Sequence record: PV654397.1
DNA: 64,000 bases
Strand: one strand, 5' to 3'
How positions within the stretch are numbered: position 1 is the stretch's first letter; each line of letters starts with the position of its first letter. The position numbers and the translations under genes are program-made. The notes below the pieces were generated by a model. It did not search any database, was not told the origin of the DNA, and worked only from the letters and a program-made list of their open reading frames with translations. Below, piece after piece: positions 17,279 through 27,626 of the stretch.

Positions 17279-17858
17279 AAGGTTTGTCCCACCCACGATA
17301 TACAAATTCTATGTGGTATCCTGAATTTAAATAATCCGCATTAACTATGTCAAATTGCATATTTCCAGTACTTGAATCATAAACTGGATTACTAAACAGA
17401 ATAGATAAAATTGCATCAGTACGGCTTGTGTTATTTGACTGTGCAATCATAGTTGAAGAACCAGCAGCAACAATTTGCACTGTGCCTGATTCTAAAATAG
17501 TCTCATTGCTATTATACGCGATGTAGTCGATGAATACACGACTTTCACTTTCAATAATAACTTCAACACTCTCTTGGTTTTGTGGAATGTCTACTTCAAA
17601 TGGACGGTTGATGATTTTGGATACCGTTCTCCACGGTGAGAATTCGGTAATTATTTCCACGTTCTCTTTACCAGAGTTTGGATCAGTTTCCCATGTACGC
17701 CCAGCAACTAAGCTTGCTGGGTCTGATGAGGAAGGTAGGCCGATGAATACACGACCCACATCAGTACTGAATCCTATCTGGCCTTTTTCCAACGCGTCTG
17801 GTAAGTCACGTTGCTTACCAGTTCTTACTTGCTGTAACGCAATTTGTTGTTGTGCCAT
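17277..17858 (-). CDS. Virion structural protein with Mtd_N/hyaluronidase-N-like N-terminal domain
   Basis: QVRTGKQRDLPDALEKGQIGFSTDVGRVFIG; late promoter at 17888-17893. Confidence 0.65.
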   Translation of the reverse strand: MAQQQIALQQVRTGKQRDLPDALEKGQIGFSTDVGRVFIGLPSSSDPASLVAGRTWETDPNSGKENVEIITEFSPWRTVSKIINRPFEVDIPQNQESVEVIIESESRVFIDYIAYNSNETILESGTVQIVAAGSSTMIAQSNNTSRTDAILSILFSNPVYDSSTGNMQFDIVNADYLNSGYHIEFVYRGWDKP

Positions 17859-17886
17859 AAAAACTATCTCCTATAGTATTATAGGA

Positions 17887-18444
17887 TTATTTAGCGTTTT
17901 CTTTAACTTCAGCAATACGCTCATTGATTAGTTGAGATACAACAGAGCTATCAACGGAAGAAAGAATTGATTCAGGAACTAGGGATTTCAAGTGTTTTAC
18001 ATAGTTTGCAACACTTTTTAGTTCTTTGGTTTTTAGTGCTTCTTTGATAATATCCAAATCTTCTTTTGAAGCTTCAACACGTTCAATAACAACAACGTCT
18101 TCTTCTTCAACAACAGGTGCTAGTTCTTCAGCGATTACTTGTACTTCTTCAGATACTTTAATTTGTTCTTCAGTATCTACTACATATGATTCGATTACTT
18201 CTGGTGCAACATTACGAGATACTTCATCAACACTAATATCTTCAGCAATTTTCTCTTTGATTACTTCTACTGGTTTTGCACCGCGAGATTTATAATCTTT
18301 AATATTAACTAGAAGTTTATTTGAAAGTTGTAGTTTGTCAATTTCTTCATCACTTAGTTTGATTACTTCATCTAAGGAGTAGCCTTTACTTTCTAGTGCA
18401 CGAATTGTATATAGGTCTTGTTTCATTTGTTTATGCTGTTCCAT
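17887..18444 (-). CDS. Hypothetical acidic protein
   Basis: ORF; start 18444 or 18426. Confidence 0.6.
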   Translation of the reverse strand: MEQHKQMKQDLYTIRALESKGYSLDEVIKLSDEEIDKLQLSNKLLVNIKDYKSRGAKPVEVIKEKIAEDISVDEVSRNVAPEVIESYVVDTEEQIKVSEEVQVIAEELAPVVEEEDVVVIERVEASKEDLDIIKEALKTKELKSVANYVKHLKSLVPESILSSVDSSVVSQLINERIAEVKENAK

Positions 18445-19150
18445 TTGATTCAATTTCTCCACGTAAAATATAGTATTGTTCAACTCTACCAATCCACATA
18501 TCAACCGCATCCTTGAAGTCTTGTCCTTCAATAACGAATTCTTGATATTGTAAATTGTTAGGATCTTTTCTTACACAGATGAAAATTACACCACGCTCAA
18601 TATTTGTTCCAAACATTTGATTATGCGATAGTGCATATGCAGCGATTTGCATACGGTAATTTTCGATATGTTCCCATGTCTTTAATTTACGGGAATTCTT
18701 ATAGTCCATGATAGAAGGAATACCATCATGAACTCCAACTAAGTCAGTTGTTCCAGCCCATAATCCTTCATAGAATAATGGAACTTCCTGACCCCACACT
18801 TCATTGATTCTAGGCCATGCTTCTTCTTGAATTTTGTCAGCCATTCTACGGGCCAGAACTCGTATCGGCATACCACCTTGGTGGTCTGGCTTTCCATCCA
18901 GACGATATTCTAAGTTCTCGTGCATAAAAGTACCAACAGTACATGCTTCTAATGTAATCTCATTAGCTTTCTCTTCACCAACAAATTCTCTCCATTTTTT
19001 CAACCCCTCATTGTCAGAGGTGGCACTAAGAATTGTTGTCACTGACGGCAGATTCCCTGTTGGAGTTGAATAAAGGCGACCTTCGGGGCCGCCTTCAATT
19101 CTTTTGTAATCAACGTATGTATATCTGCTAACAATTGGTGGTGTGTACAT
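18431..19150 (-). CDS. PD-(D/E)XK exonuclease (Cas4/lambda-exo-like)
   Basis: LPSVTTIL, GTFMHENLE, QEVPL, WAGTTDLVG, IMDYKNS, MQIAAYA. Confidence 0.85.
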   Translation of the reverse strand: MYTPPIVSRYTYVDYKRIEGGPEGRLYSTPTGNLPSVTTILSATSDNEGLKKWREFVGEEKANEITLEACTVGTFMHENLEYRLDGKPDHQGGMPIRVLARRMADKIQEEAWPRINEVWGQEVPLFYEGLWAGTTDLVGVHDGIPSIMDYKNSRKLKTWEHIENYRMQIAAYALSHNQMFGTNIERGVIFICVRKDPNNLQYQEFVIEGQDFKDAVDMWIGRVEQYYILRGEIESNGTA

Positions 19151-19163
19151 CCGTGTACTCCTA

Positions 19164-19192
19164 ATTATAGCATCGTATTTTTGTTTGTCTCA
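19164..19192 (-). promoter_or_regulatory. TGAGAC-N17-TATAAT promoter
   Basis: Exact match upstream of the exonuclease. Confidence 0.8.
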
Positions 19193-19196
19193 GTTT

Positions 19197-19526
19197 TTAT
19201 TGCTTATTTGCTGCAACAGCAGCTTTTGTTGCCCAATCTTCAACTTGGTCTTCAGAGTTCTGTTCAACTTCACCAGTACTTTCTGAATCATTACCAGTAA
19301 ATGTTACAACATCCGAATTCGCATCTTGCACAAATGGCAAAGAGTTTAGAATATCCATCATAACATTATAAGGAACATCAATGTTGGTTCGCTTTTTGAT
19401 TTCAGCGATTAAAGATTGTAGGTTCACTTCTTCGCGACCCGATGATACTAAAGACAACGCAATAGTAGTAATCATATTGCGTATGTCTTTACCAGGAGCC
19501 TCTTCTGTAAGATCTTGAAATCTCAT
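19197..19526 (-). CDS. Hypothetical (putative head) protein
   Basis: 109 aa; N-terminal LTE. Confidence 0.6.
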   Translation of the reverse strand: MRFQDLTEEAPGKDIRNMITTIALSLVSSGREEVNLQSLIAEIKKRTNIDVPYNVMMDILNSLPFVQDANSDVVTFTGNDSESTGEVEQNSEDQVEDWATKAAVAANKQ

Positions 19527-19542
19527 TTAGATTCATCCTTAA

Positions 19543-20175
19543 TTATTTTTTAACGTATCCTAGTACACGTTTAACTTTCTTCTCGTTCTCAGATAGCCAA
19601 GTTTTCATTTCTTCTTTGTTTTTGAAGAATTTAGTACCTACAGTACCGCGAACACTTTCCATCTTAATACCAATTTGAGTTGGTTTTACAGATTCTTTCA
19701 TTTCACGCTCAGTTGGTACTGGCTCAGAAATAATATCTTCTTCGAAATCAGCATCAGCACCCATGTCGAACGTTGGGGTGTCAGCAGCAATGTCGATATC
19801 AACATCTTCACTACCAATATCAGAAACTGCTGGACCATCAGTGATATCACCAGTTAGTTTTAAAGTTTCAGTACTGATTTTGTCTTTAACATCCATTAGA
19901 GTAGTAACTGCATGTTGAAGTAGGTGGCGAACGCTATCACTAAAGTTCTGTGCAGCATCAAGACCTTGTTCCGCTTTGATACGGTCAAGTAGTGGGCCTA
20001 GAACGTCAACGCCCATGTTGTTGATTACTTCAGACTGACGTTGTAGTTTGTCAACGATTTCACCTTTAACAGAGAGAACGATTTCAGCTTTCTCAATATT
20101 AGATTCGTTCAATTTGATGAACTTCATTGCTTCAACACGTGAAGCAGATTCCATTAGTTTTTTGTAGTTAGACAT
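19543..20175 (-). CDS. Hypothetical (putative head) protein
   Basis: AAGGA RBS; LME/LNE motifs; late promoter at 20206-20211. Confidence 0.65.
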   Translation of the reverse strand: MSNYKKLMESASRVEAMKFIKLNESNIEKAEIVLSVKGEIVDKLQRQSEVINNMGVDVLGPLLDRIKAEQGLDAAQNFSDSVRHLLQHAVTTLMDVKDKISTETLKLTGDITDGPAVSDIGSEDVDIDIAADTPTFDMGADADFEEDIISEPVPTEREMKESVKPTQIGIKMESVRGTVGTKFFKNKEEMKTWLSENEKKVKRVLGYVKK

Positions 20176-20208
20176 TTGAATTTCCTTATAAAATATCACT
20201 AAATTTAT

Positions 20209-20886
20209 TTACTTTATATAACCTTCACTCTTTAGAAAGTTCAGTACACGCTCTTTGAGTTTGTATGCTTCAGCTTTCTTTTCAGCGATGATGATATCTA
20301 AATCTTTTGCTTCATCGTACTTCGACTCATTCAGAACACGTTGACGTTTCTGTGCAGCCTTCAATGCTTCGGTAATTACATTGGTGTATTGTAAACCGGA
20401 ACTGATGATACCAAGAACTTTTGCATCTGTCAACATTCTTCCTTCGTTGAGAAGGTTTACTAGTGTTAGTGCAGCTTCATACATCATAATATTATTCATG
20501 ATAACTTGAGAACTATGATTACATTTAACACTGTATACTTTTGTTGATTTAGTACCTTGAATTTTTTCTTCTACTAAACTCCAGTTAGTTTTAGGTTTAG
20601 CAGGTGCACGTTGTACAACAGGTTGTGCTGGTTGGTGACCAAGCATGTGTTCATTGTATGGGGCGTAGAATGGAACAACATGTGGATGAGCCTGTTCTGG
20701 ATCAACACCATAATTCATACCAGCTTCATTTAATGATGTCAATATGTCGGTCATTGCACCGATATCACCACCTGACTTGTAAGGAACACCAGACGCATTA
20801 TGGGTTGCACCAGCTTCAATGTCATTCAAACCGCTTAACAAATCAGCCATCTGATTAACTGATTGTTGATCGTACTCGTAATTCAT
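20209..20886 (-). CDS. Hypothetical protein
   Basis: 225 aa ORF with GGAG RBS. Confidence 0.65.
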   Translation of the reverse strand: MNYEYDQQSVNQMADLLSGLNDIEAGATHNASGVPYKSGGDIGAMTDILTSLNEAGMNYGVDPEQAHPHVVPFYAPYNEHMLGHQPAQPVVQRAPAKPKTNWSLVEEKIQGTKSTKVYSVKCNHSSQVIMNNIMMYEAALTLVNLLNEGRMLTDAKVLGIISSGLQYTNVITEALKAAQKRQRVLNESKYDEAKDLDIIIAEKKAEAYKLKERVLNFLKSEGYIK

Positions 20887-21101
20887 TTATTACTCCTAAC
20901 AGTTGAATACTCTTCAGTACCGTCATCTTTCTCAACAATATTTAGGACTCCACGAGATACCATTTTATCCGCTAGTTCCTGATAGTATTCGTTTACTTTT
21001 TCAACTGGCACGGAACCTCGTGCCTTAATTTTCTGTAATAGTCTGTATTCTTCGTTGGAAACCATAGTGTTGTGACCATGAACATTAGGTACAGTTCTCA
21101 T
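20883..21101 (-). CDS. Small hypothetical protein
   Basis: 72 aa, translationally coupled to its neighbours. Confidence 0.6.
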   Translation of the reverse strand: MRTVPNVHGHNTMVSNEEYRLLQKIKARGSVPVEKVNEYYQELADKMVSRGVLNIVEKDDGTEEYSTVRSNK

Positions 21102-22063
21102 TATCGGCCTCGCATACGGTGACAGAAATCAATGATTTGATCTACCATCTCATCATTCTCTTGTTGTGCAGAGTTTGCCATTACACTTTCATCACCATAG
21201 ATATCATCTTCTTTTTCGATATCAGCGATTGCATGAATCATTTCACCCATACCTGGTGCGTGTTGTGTTAGTGGAGATGGTGAATTTGGATTACCGTCTG
21301 GTTCCATACCAGGCTCACCCATCACTTCACTATTAATTTCTTGTGGTGATTTCTCTTCACGAATTGTAGTACTTTGATTTTGATTGTTAACTGGAGTTAC
21401 ATCATCCAAAGGGAAAACATTCAATTCGTTTGGCTTAGTGCCACTTTTAGTTACTACTAAAGATTGCTGTGGGTTTTGTCCAGCATCGATACCAACAACA
21501 GGTTCAATTGAATCAGTACCGCTTTGATTCCCAGGGACGCTAACTTTAATGTTATTAGCATTACGTTGTAGTTCTGCTTGTTTAAGTTTAGCTTGGGTTT
21601 GTGGGTTCACTTGCTGTTGTTGCTGTGACACATTCATTTTAGCAATCTGTGTAGATTTTAATTGATTTTCTGGATTTTCCAAATTAGAGGATAAATCTTC
21701 AAACACAATAGTTTTTAATTCTTGAATACTCAACTTAGAAACATCAGAGTATGTGAAGTTACTTTTGTATGCTTCAACTAAGTCTTTCATTGTCATAGAA
21801 TCAACTGTCTTATGCCAATCAGAACTTTCAACAATATGTTTAGTTACATTATCAGTACTGAAGTATGAGAAACTTTCACTCATTTGTGCTTTGTACTTTT
21901 GTAGAATTTGAAAAATTTCACGGTTATCTGAATTATCCATAGCGGCATTTAGTGTGATGAAATCACCCGCATCCATATTATCCAGTACAACAGAAACATC
22001 AACATTCAAATTATGTGCGTCAGCAAACTTCTGTAGCTCCGCTGCTGTTTGGTTTATATCCAT
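21101..22063 (-). CDS. Hypothetical Gln/Asn-rich late protein
   Basis: 320 aa; late promoter at 22109-22115. Confidence 0.65.
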   Translation of the reverse strand: MDINQTAAELQKFADAHNLNVDVSVVLDNMDAGDFITLNAAMDNSDNREIFQILQKYKAQMSESFSYFSTDNVTKHIVESSDWHKTVDSMTMKDLVEAYKSNFTYSDVSKLSIQELKTIVFEDLSSNLENPENQLKSTQIAKMNVSQQQQQVNPQTQAKLKQAELQRNANNIKVSVPGNQSGTDSIEPVVGIDAGQNPQQSLVVTKSGTKPNELNVFPLDDVTPVNNQNQSTTIREEKSPQEINSEVMGEPGMEPDGNPNSPSPLTQHAPGMGEMIHAIADIEKEDDIYGDESVMANSAQQENDEMVDQIIDFCHRMRGR

Positions 22064-22120
22064 AATTACTCCATATAAAATAAAAAAGACCTCTGTCTTG
22101 CTTTATGATATTTATCACAA

Positions 22121-22513
22121 TTAAGAAAAGGTCTGTTTGCTGATGCTAATATTTGTATCATTACCTGTTGTGATAAATTTTGTAATTCTTTTACCATTTA
22201 ATTCTGTAGGTAAAACTAATGGTATTCCATTCAAACGCAAATCAACATCCATTGGTATTGCGAATTTGAAAGTACTAAGAGTACATTTACCCCATGAAAC
22301 TGGAAGATTATAGAAAGATGCGTTGTTATCTTTATATAGATCTATTTCAGTTTTTACTACACTTACCATCATGGGATAATCATGTGCCATAATAGCCTCC
22401 AACAATCTCGACAAATTCATAGCACCAGTGAACTTAGAATCGATGATTGTTGGAGTTGTACCATCACCTATATCTACAACAGTATTAATTGTGTAGAAAG
22501 TATATGGTTTCAT
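22121..22513 (-). CDS. Hypothetical protein
   Basis: 130 aa ORF. Confidence 0.6.
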   Translation of the reverse strand: MKPYTFYTINTVVDIGDGTTPTIIDSKFTGAMNLSRLLEAIMAHDYPMMVSVVKTEIDLYKDNNASFYNLPVSWGKCTLSTFKFAIPMDVDLRLNGIPLVLPTELNGKRITKFITTGNDTNISISKQTFS

Positions 22514-22677
22514 TCCTTATCCTTATTTTTAGTCTCAACAACTTTATATCCAAAGAAATTTGTAGGAGGCATTCTTCGAAGTAATGGGTAATTTAATCCA
22601 GTACTGACTGATGCTACTGCACCTGCTGATGTTGCACCAGCAGAAGCATTTTCTTTTAGTTTAGTTTTCTTCTTCAT
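22510..22677 (-). CDS. Small hypothetical protein (LKE-NASAGATSAG motif)
   Basis: 55 aa; ESA.GAT.AG-like motif also at the MCP N-terminus. Confidence 0.55.
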   Translation of the reverse strand: MKKKTKLKENASAGATSAGAVASVSTGLNYPLLRRMPPTNFFGYKVVETKNKDKE

Positions 22678-22678
22678 A

Positions 22679-22951
22679 TCAATTCCCTTTATTACGTTTT
22701 TCATCAAGTGCTATGTTCTCCAAGCCCTTCTGAAACTTTTTATAATCTCGGTTCTTAATACTAAGAAATAAACGTTTCTTCAAATCTTCAGCATCAGTTT
22801 GGTTAAATTCATCTTCGATACTCTCCAATAAATGAATAACAGAGTTGATTGCATGATCTGCACGATTACCAAAACTCTGTAACGTATCTTTCTCTGGTGT
22901 ATAGTCAACTATACTATCAAGTAGATTCTTTTTATTGGATTTACTAGACAT
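22679..22951 (-). CDS. Hypothetical protein
   Basis: 90 aa ORF. Confidence 0.6.
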   Translation of the reverse strand: MSSKSNKKNLLDSIVDYTPEKDTLQSFGNRADHAINSVIHLLESIEDEFNQTDAEDLKKRLFLSIKNRDYKKFQKGLENIALDEKRNKGN

Positions 22952-22954
22952 TCA

Positions 22955-24475
22955 TTATTTCCTTTGATTTAACCATTGCTTCATTGCATTTACACGATCA
23001 GTACCAATGTGAGGCTGTTGAGGCTGGGATTCAGTTTGTGTAGAAGTGATTGGATCACTATCTGTATTTAGTGTTACGCTTTCAACACTCGGTGTAGTGC
23101 TTGGTTTAGGAGCACCAGAAAGCGTATGACGCAGTGTTTGCATTGTACTTGGTGGCATTGCCATGTTACCACCGCCGACCTTAGAGATGCCACTGTGACG
23201 GAATCCTGACCCATCAGTTTCGAATTGTTGGATTGTGGTTGCGTGGTCTAGTACACGAAGTGAATCGATATCATATGACATACGCAAACGTGAACCAACT
23301 GCACTACTGTTACGTGTTTTCTGGAAGTCAAACCAAAGTTCGCCAGTTTCTTTACGTGCTTCAATGTAGATAACGTTATCCGCAGTATAGATTTTAGAAA
23401 TACCACCAGCAATCTGACTTTGACTTTTCTTATCTTCATCCATACCACTACGGTTAAACTGTGACGCAGTGAAGACGGTCAAATCCATTTTGGTTGCTAG
23501 TGCACGCAATTCTTCAGATACAAATTTATCTTTTGTAAATGTATTAGATTTATCATTAGGACCAAGACGATTTGATGTTAATAGGTCAAGGTAGTCCACA
23601 CAAACATAATCTAATTTGACTTCCATTTTAATTTGCAATTCACGAAGATAACTTTCAATATCATCAGTGGTTGTTACGGATTCTGGTAAACGTTTAATAC
23701 GCAATATACCACTATCCTTGCCTTCCATTTGAACTCGTAGACCAATCTTTTCAGCTTCGTTCTTAACGTTACTTAGCTTAGATTCAGTCATCATACCATA
23801 GATACGAACGGCTACCAACTCTTCTGCTAGTTCTAGTGAAATGTATGCACCATTCATACCAGCCTTAGCAAAGTTAACTGCTAAGTTCTGTAGTACTACT
23901 GATTTACCACCACCAGACGCGGCTGCAAAGATTTCAAGTTCACGGCGACCAAAACCACCGAATAGTTTATAGTCAAGGGTTTCCCATCCACTCTTGAATG
24001 AACCTTGCATAGTGCTCAATGAACGAATGGTATCTTCTGGATTTTCAAAGATATCAAGACCCAACTCATTCTGTACAGATACTAACATAGCTTCACGAAT
24101 GAGTTCTTCGATGCCACCATATTTTTTCTGATGTACTAATTCCATACCTTTCTCTACTGCTAGAGCTAGAGCTTTGTGACGGCAAAACTCACTACAGGTA
24201 TCCAGTACTGCCTGTTTATGAAGTTCTTGTACTTCATAATGATCATACTGATAACCACCTTTCACTTCGATATCTTTCAGTGTAGGGGATGAACTATATT
24301 TTGCTGCATAATCATGAACGTACTGAATACTTTCATGAAATGTTTTATCAAAATATTCTGGCTTTAGAATATTTTTACAACGTACAAATAAATCTGGATT
24401 ACTGAAAACTTGGGATAGTAAGTATTGTTGTGCATTAATCCCATACTGTTTGACGTCCACTGTGCTTTGAATCAT
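22955..24475 (-). CDS. gp41: DnaB-like replicative helicase (T4 gp41-like)
   Basis: AAASGGGKS, SLELAE, CVDYLDLL, TASQFNRSG, QKTRNS. Confidence 0.92.
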   Translation of the reverse strand: MIQSTVDVKQYGINAQQYLLSQVFSNPDLFVRCKNILKPEYFDKTFHESIQYVHDYAAKYSSSPTLKDIEVKGGYQYDHYEVQELHKQAVLDTCSEFCRHKALALAVEKGMELVHQKKYGGIEELIREAMLVSVQNELGLDIFENPEDTIRSLSTMQGSFKSGWETLDYKLFGGFGRRELEIFAAASGGGKSVVLQNLAVNFAKAGMNGAYISLELAEELVAVRIYGMMTESKLSNVKNEAEKIGLRVQMEGKDSGILRIKRLPESVTTTDDIESYLRELQIKMEVKLDYVCVDYLDLLTSNRLGPNDKSNTFTKDKFVSEELRALATKMDLTVFTASQFNRSGMDEDKKSQSQIAGGISKIYTADNVIYIEARKETGELWFDFQKTRNSSAVGSRLRMSYDIDSLRVLDHATTIQQFETDGSGFRHSGISKVGGGNMAMPPSTMQTLRHTLSGAPKPSTTPSVESVTLNTDSDPITSTQTESQPQQPHIGTDRVNAMKQWLNQRK

Positions 24476-24501
24476 TTATGTTCCCTCATTTATATCCTGT
24501 G

Positions 24502-25557
24502 TTACATCCACTTATCCGTTTGTGCTTTAATATAGAAAGGCTCGTCAACTATACTATCATGTATCAGTTGTAAACAAAATAATCTTCCAAATCTAGCACA
24601 TGCTTCGTCAAAATCTTTAATGTGACGTATAGTACTTCCAACACGTACTGCCCCAAAATCTGGGAAAGAAACACTAAATCCATATTCTAGTGCTTGTTCT
24701 ATTGTTTGTAATCCATCCTTATCACGGTCAGGTACTATAACAATCTTTTTACCTTTTTCTTGTGCAGCTTTAAGTACATCTATTTGTACTGCTGACAATT
24801 TAAAGTTATTTGCAGAAACACCACCCATTAGTGCTGCATCCATTGGACCTTCACAAACTAATATAGTTTTAATTCGTTCATCTTGTAACAGATCATAATT
24901 ATATAGAATATTAGTACTGACCTGATTAATAAAACGATAGGTACTTCCTGGGTCTTTAAGTTTGTGTCTAGCAGTATATCCGATAATTTTACCGTTCATA
25001 ACGTATGGTATGATAAATCGGTCATACATTTTATGTTCTTTAGCTGGACTCCAATACAATTCTAAATCTAATAGATATGGATTTCGCTCATTCACATGAT
25101 TCAGAACACTAATAAATTCTTGTGGTATTTGCTCTTCTGGTAACGATGCCCATTCCCAGAATGTTTTTGAGTTCGGTGGTAATTCACGAACAGTTACACG
25201 TTGATATAGTTTAGATGCAGTAGTTTCTTGTTCTGCAAAGTCTCCACTATCAACCATTTCTTTAATGTAAAATTTAGCTAGTTCTATTTCCTTATCCTGT
25301 GCACCAAAAGAAATGAGCAAAGACTCCATATCTTTGCTCATATATTTTCCAGGTTGCCACCCAGTTTTTAGACTACAGTTAAAACAGTTATAAGAAACAG
25401 AACCATCTGCGTTAAACATATGATTGCCGCGATTTTTAGTATCGGGGCGTGAATGACCACGGAACACACAAGCAGGACAATTGTGATGTGTCCACATACC
25501 AATTCCTGGTACTGGGTCATTCATGATTTGTGCCATGATGTTTTGTACAGCGTTCAT
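24502..25557 (-). CDS. gp61: DNA primase (T4 gp61-like)
   Basis: Zn ribbon CPAC..CFNC; TOPRIM VCEGPMDA, PDRDKDG, KDFDE. Confidence 0.88.
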   Translation of the reverse strand: MNAVQNIMAQIMNDPVPGIGMWTHHNCPACVFRGHSRPDTKNRGNHMFNADGSVSYNCFNCSLKTGWQPGKYMSKDMESLLISFGAQDKEIELAKFYIKEMVDSGDFAEQETTASKLYQRVTVRELPPNSKTFWEWASLPEEQIPQEFISVLNHVNERNPYLLDLELYWSPAKEHKMYDRFIIPYVMNGKIIGYTARHKLKDPGSTYRFINQVSTNILYNYDLLQDERIKTILVCEGPMDAALMGGVSANNFKLSAVQIDVLKAAQEKGKKIVIVPDRDKDGLQTIEQALEYGFSVSFPDFGAVRVGSTIRHIKDFDEACARFGRLFCLQLIHDSIVDEPFYIKAQTDKWM

Positions 25558-25586
25558 AATTTAATCCTTGTTATTTCTCACAAATG

Positions 25587-25615
25587 ATTATAGCACAAAC
25601 ACTTGTTTTGTCTCA
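25587..25615 (-). promoter_or_regulatory. TGAGAC-N17-TATAAT promoter
   Basis: Exact match upstream of primase-helicase. Confidence 0.8.
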
Positions 25616-26590
25616 CCTGCGAATCAAAATTTTAGGAACTGACAGTAGTGGGTCATAGACTTTTCTTACTGCCGCATAGTCATAAGGAACTGGAACGATC
25701 TTAGGATGAATACAAACAACCAATCGCAACCACATGTAATTACCTTTAAAATTAAATGCTTGAATCCCATCTAACGCTTTAGGGAATCCATTTTCATCAA
25801 TATCATTTTCGATATATTCTTTACCATCCAATTTAACAATAAACCATTTATAGTTTTCGTTATCAGTTGGTACGTTATTACACAAACATCCTTGTAATTG
25901 AATTCTACCAATGAATTTATCAAAGTACATTGCAATAGTACTAAGACCATCAACTAATCCGTACTGCATTTGTGCAGGAAGGGGAGATGTTGCCATTATA
26001 TCAAATTCACCAATAACGCCACGAGCGATTGGTTCATGATACAAGCGTTTGATGGTAGTCCATGCTGGGTTTTTATTAACAGATACTTCAATACTTGGCA
26101 CAAACACAGGAGCAGCTTGGTCGGAAATGATCAATTCAGCAGAGGCTTCATAATCAAGACCAGTGTATAAGTACTGTGTAGGTTCAATCAAGGAACCATC
26201 CATTGTTACTTTAGTAATACTCCATCTATATTTTGAACCAGGACTAGTATCCTGAATTACACCAGCAGGAACAATACATCCATAATATACTTTTTTACTA
26301 TTGCCTAATGTTTGTCTTGCTTGTCCACTTTCTGATAGCCATGATGGTTTTTGTTTATCCAAAACTACATCGAATAATTTAGTATTGTTTCTAGCATCAA
26401 AAATCATGAATGTTAGATATTCGTTATCTTTTAGTAATGTATATTTTCCATCAGCGTTATGCACTGTGAATGATAAATTGTTATTTGCACCTCTGTATAT
26501 TGTAAGTTTCTCGTTGCTATATGGCATATTAAAATTGCCCAATGATACTTCTTGGTTATAAGGGTACATAAACACGCCGTGATGAGCCAT
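25613..26590 (-). CDS. Putative virion structural protein
   Basis: Real start MAHHG at 26590 (GGAAGG RBS); late promoter at 26632-26638. Confidence 0.65.
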   Translation of the reverse strand: MAHHGVFMYPYNQEVSLGNFNMPYSNEKLTIYRGANNNLSFTVHNADGKYTLLKDNEYLTFMIFDARNNTKLFDVVLDKQKPSWLSESGQARQTLGNSKKVYYGCIVPAGVIQDTSPGSKYRWSITKVTMDGSLIEPTQYLYTGLDYEASAELIISDQAAPVFVPSIEVSVNKNPAWTTIKRLYHEPIARGVIGEFDIMATSPLPAQMQYGLVDGLSTIAMYFDKFIGRIQLQGCLCNNVPTDNENYKWFIVKLDGKEYIENDIDENGFPKALDGIQAFNFKGNYMWLRLVVCIHPKIVPVPYDYAAVRKVYDPLLSVPKILIRR

Positions 26591-26603
26591 AGTTTTTCCT
26601 TCC

Positions 26604-26638
26604 ATAAATAATAGGTATAAATTTATACTAATATTTAT
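26604..26638. promoter_or_regulatory. Face-to-face late promoter pair (ATAAATA + at 26604-10; - at 26632-38) serving divergent genes
   Basis: Both motifs lie in the intergenic gap. Confidence 0.6.
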
Positions 26639-26647
26639 GGAACTCAT

Positions 26648-27001
26648 ATGAATCAATATAATACTATTCCACCATTTATCACGGTAGTTCAGTGTGATGG
26701 TAAAACTTTCATTGGTATTATCAAGATAAAAAGTAAACAGTATACTACTCTTTACTGCTTTGATGATATGGATGAACCAATGCAAGATGAATTGTTGGGT
26801 ATAGCACATGATTGGTGGTGGCAAAGCAACAGGTCAATTCCAGTCTGTCTATTCTTCCAAGAAGAGATGGAGAAATTTGAACCTTACACACAGAGATTCG
26901 ATACCCCTGCGGTGAATTTCGTTTGTGGTCCAGTAGTTTCTTTAAGTGATTTGCCACAAAAACGCATCAAGCGTCGTAATGTGGCTCTTAAGAAGAAGTA
27001 A
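26648..27001 (+). CDS. Hypothetical protein
   Basis: 117 aa ORF with GGA RBS. Confidence 0.65.
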   Translation: MNQYNTIPPFITVVQCDGKTFIGIIKIKSKQYTTLYCFDDMDEPMQDELLGIAHDWWWQSNRSIPVCLFFQEEMEKFEPYTQRFDTPAVNFVCGPVVSLSDLPQKRIKRRNVALKKK

Positions 27002-27626
27002 GATGTTCAACTAAAGCGTTAAGTTGAACTACAATCATTAAGCTGTATGCATACGCATGTGGCTTTTTGAAATATCGTAACTTATTTCCTGCTTGGTCTG
27101 TGCCAATAGTACTGTAATCCCATATAGTGGATTCAACTTCACTCCATGTATTCATACTTTGGCACTGCCTTTTTCCAGGACGAATCATTGCAATAAACAT
27201 TGCAAGTTCATCAATGGATTTAGGTTTCCACACATTTAATAATGTAACGTGTTTTTTAATCTGTGAAAGATGTTCAACTATTTCTGGTTCTAACAGAAGA
27301 TCCCAATTAGGTTCCTGATTCATTAGTTCTTTTAAATGTGCTCTATCACGAACATACTGGTAAGCCGATTGTGACAGGATATCTACCTTTTGATATCCCA
27401 AGCGTTCGGCTTCTTTATATTGTATGCTGGCTAAACCAGTGATAGGGTCAATTGGTATATTATCAAAATGAACACCACTGTTATGGGGGATTAAACCATC
27501 CTCCGTAATTTTTTCTGTACTTCGCACACAAGGAAGCTGTGCAATCACTGACTTACTATCTTTAAAGTCAATGTCGATATCTGTTCGTGCTTTACGGTAC
27601 GAATTAGAATTTGTCGAATCCTGCAT
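26988..27626 (-). CDS. Stand-alone minimal DNA polymerase III alpha (DnaE) catalytic-domain protein
   Basis: DIDIDF, HNSGV, GYQKVDIL, IAMIRPG, FKKPHAYAY are DnaE palm/finger motifs, all within 212 aa. Confidence 0.8.
   Translation of the reverse strand: MQDSTNSNSYRKARTDIDIDFKDSKSVIAQLPCVRSTEKITEDGLIPHNSGVHFDNIPIDPITGLASIQYKEAERLGYQKVDILSQSAYQYVRDRAHLKELMNQEPNWDLLLEPEIVEHLSQIKKHVTLLNVWKPKSIDELAMFIAMIRPGKRQCQSMNTWSEVESTIWDYSTIGTDQAGNKLRYFKKPHAYAYSLMIVVQLNALVEHLTSS

Noticed and set aside
26591-26824. Long N-terminal extension of ORF 25613-26824
   Set aside because: It overlaps the plus-strand gene and promoters; the RBS and late promoter support a start at 26590.
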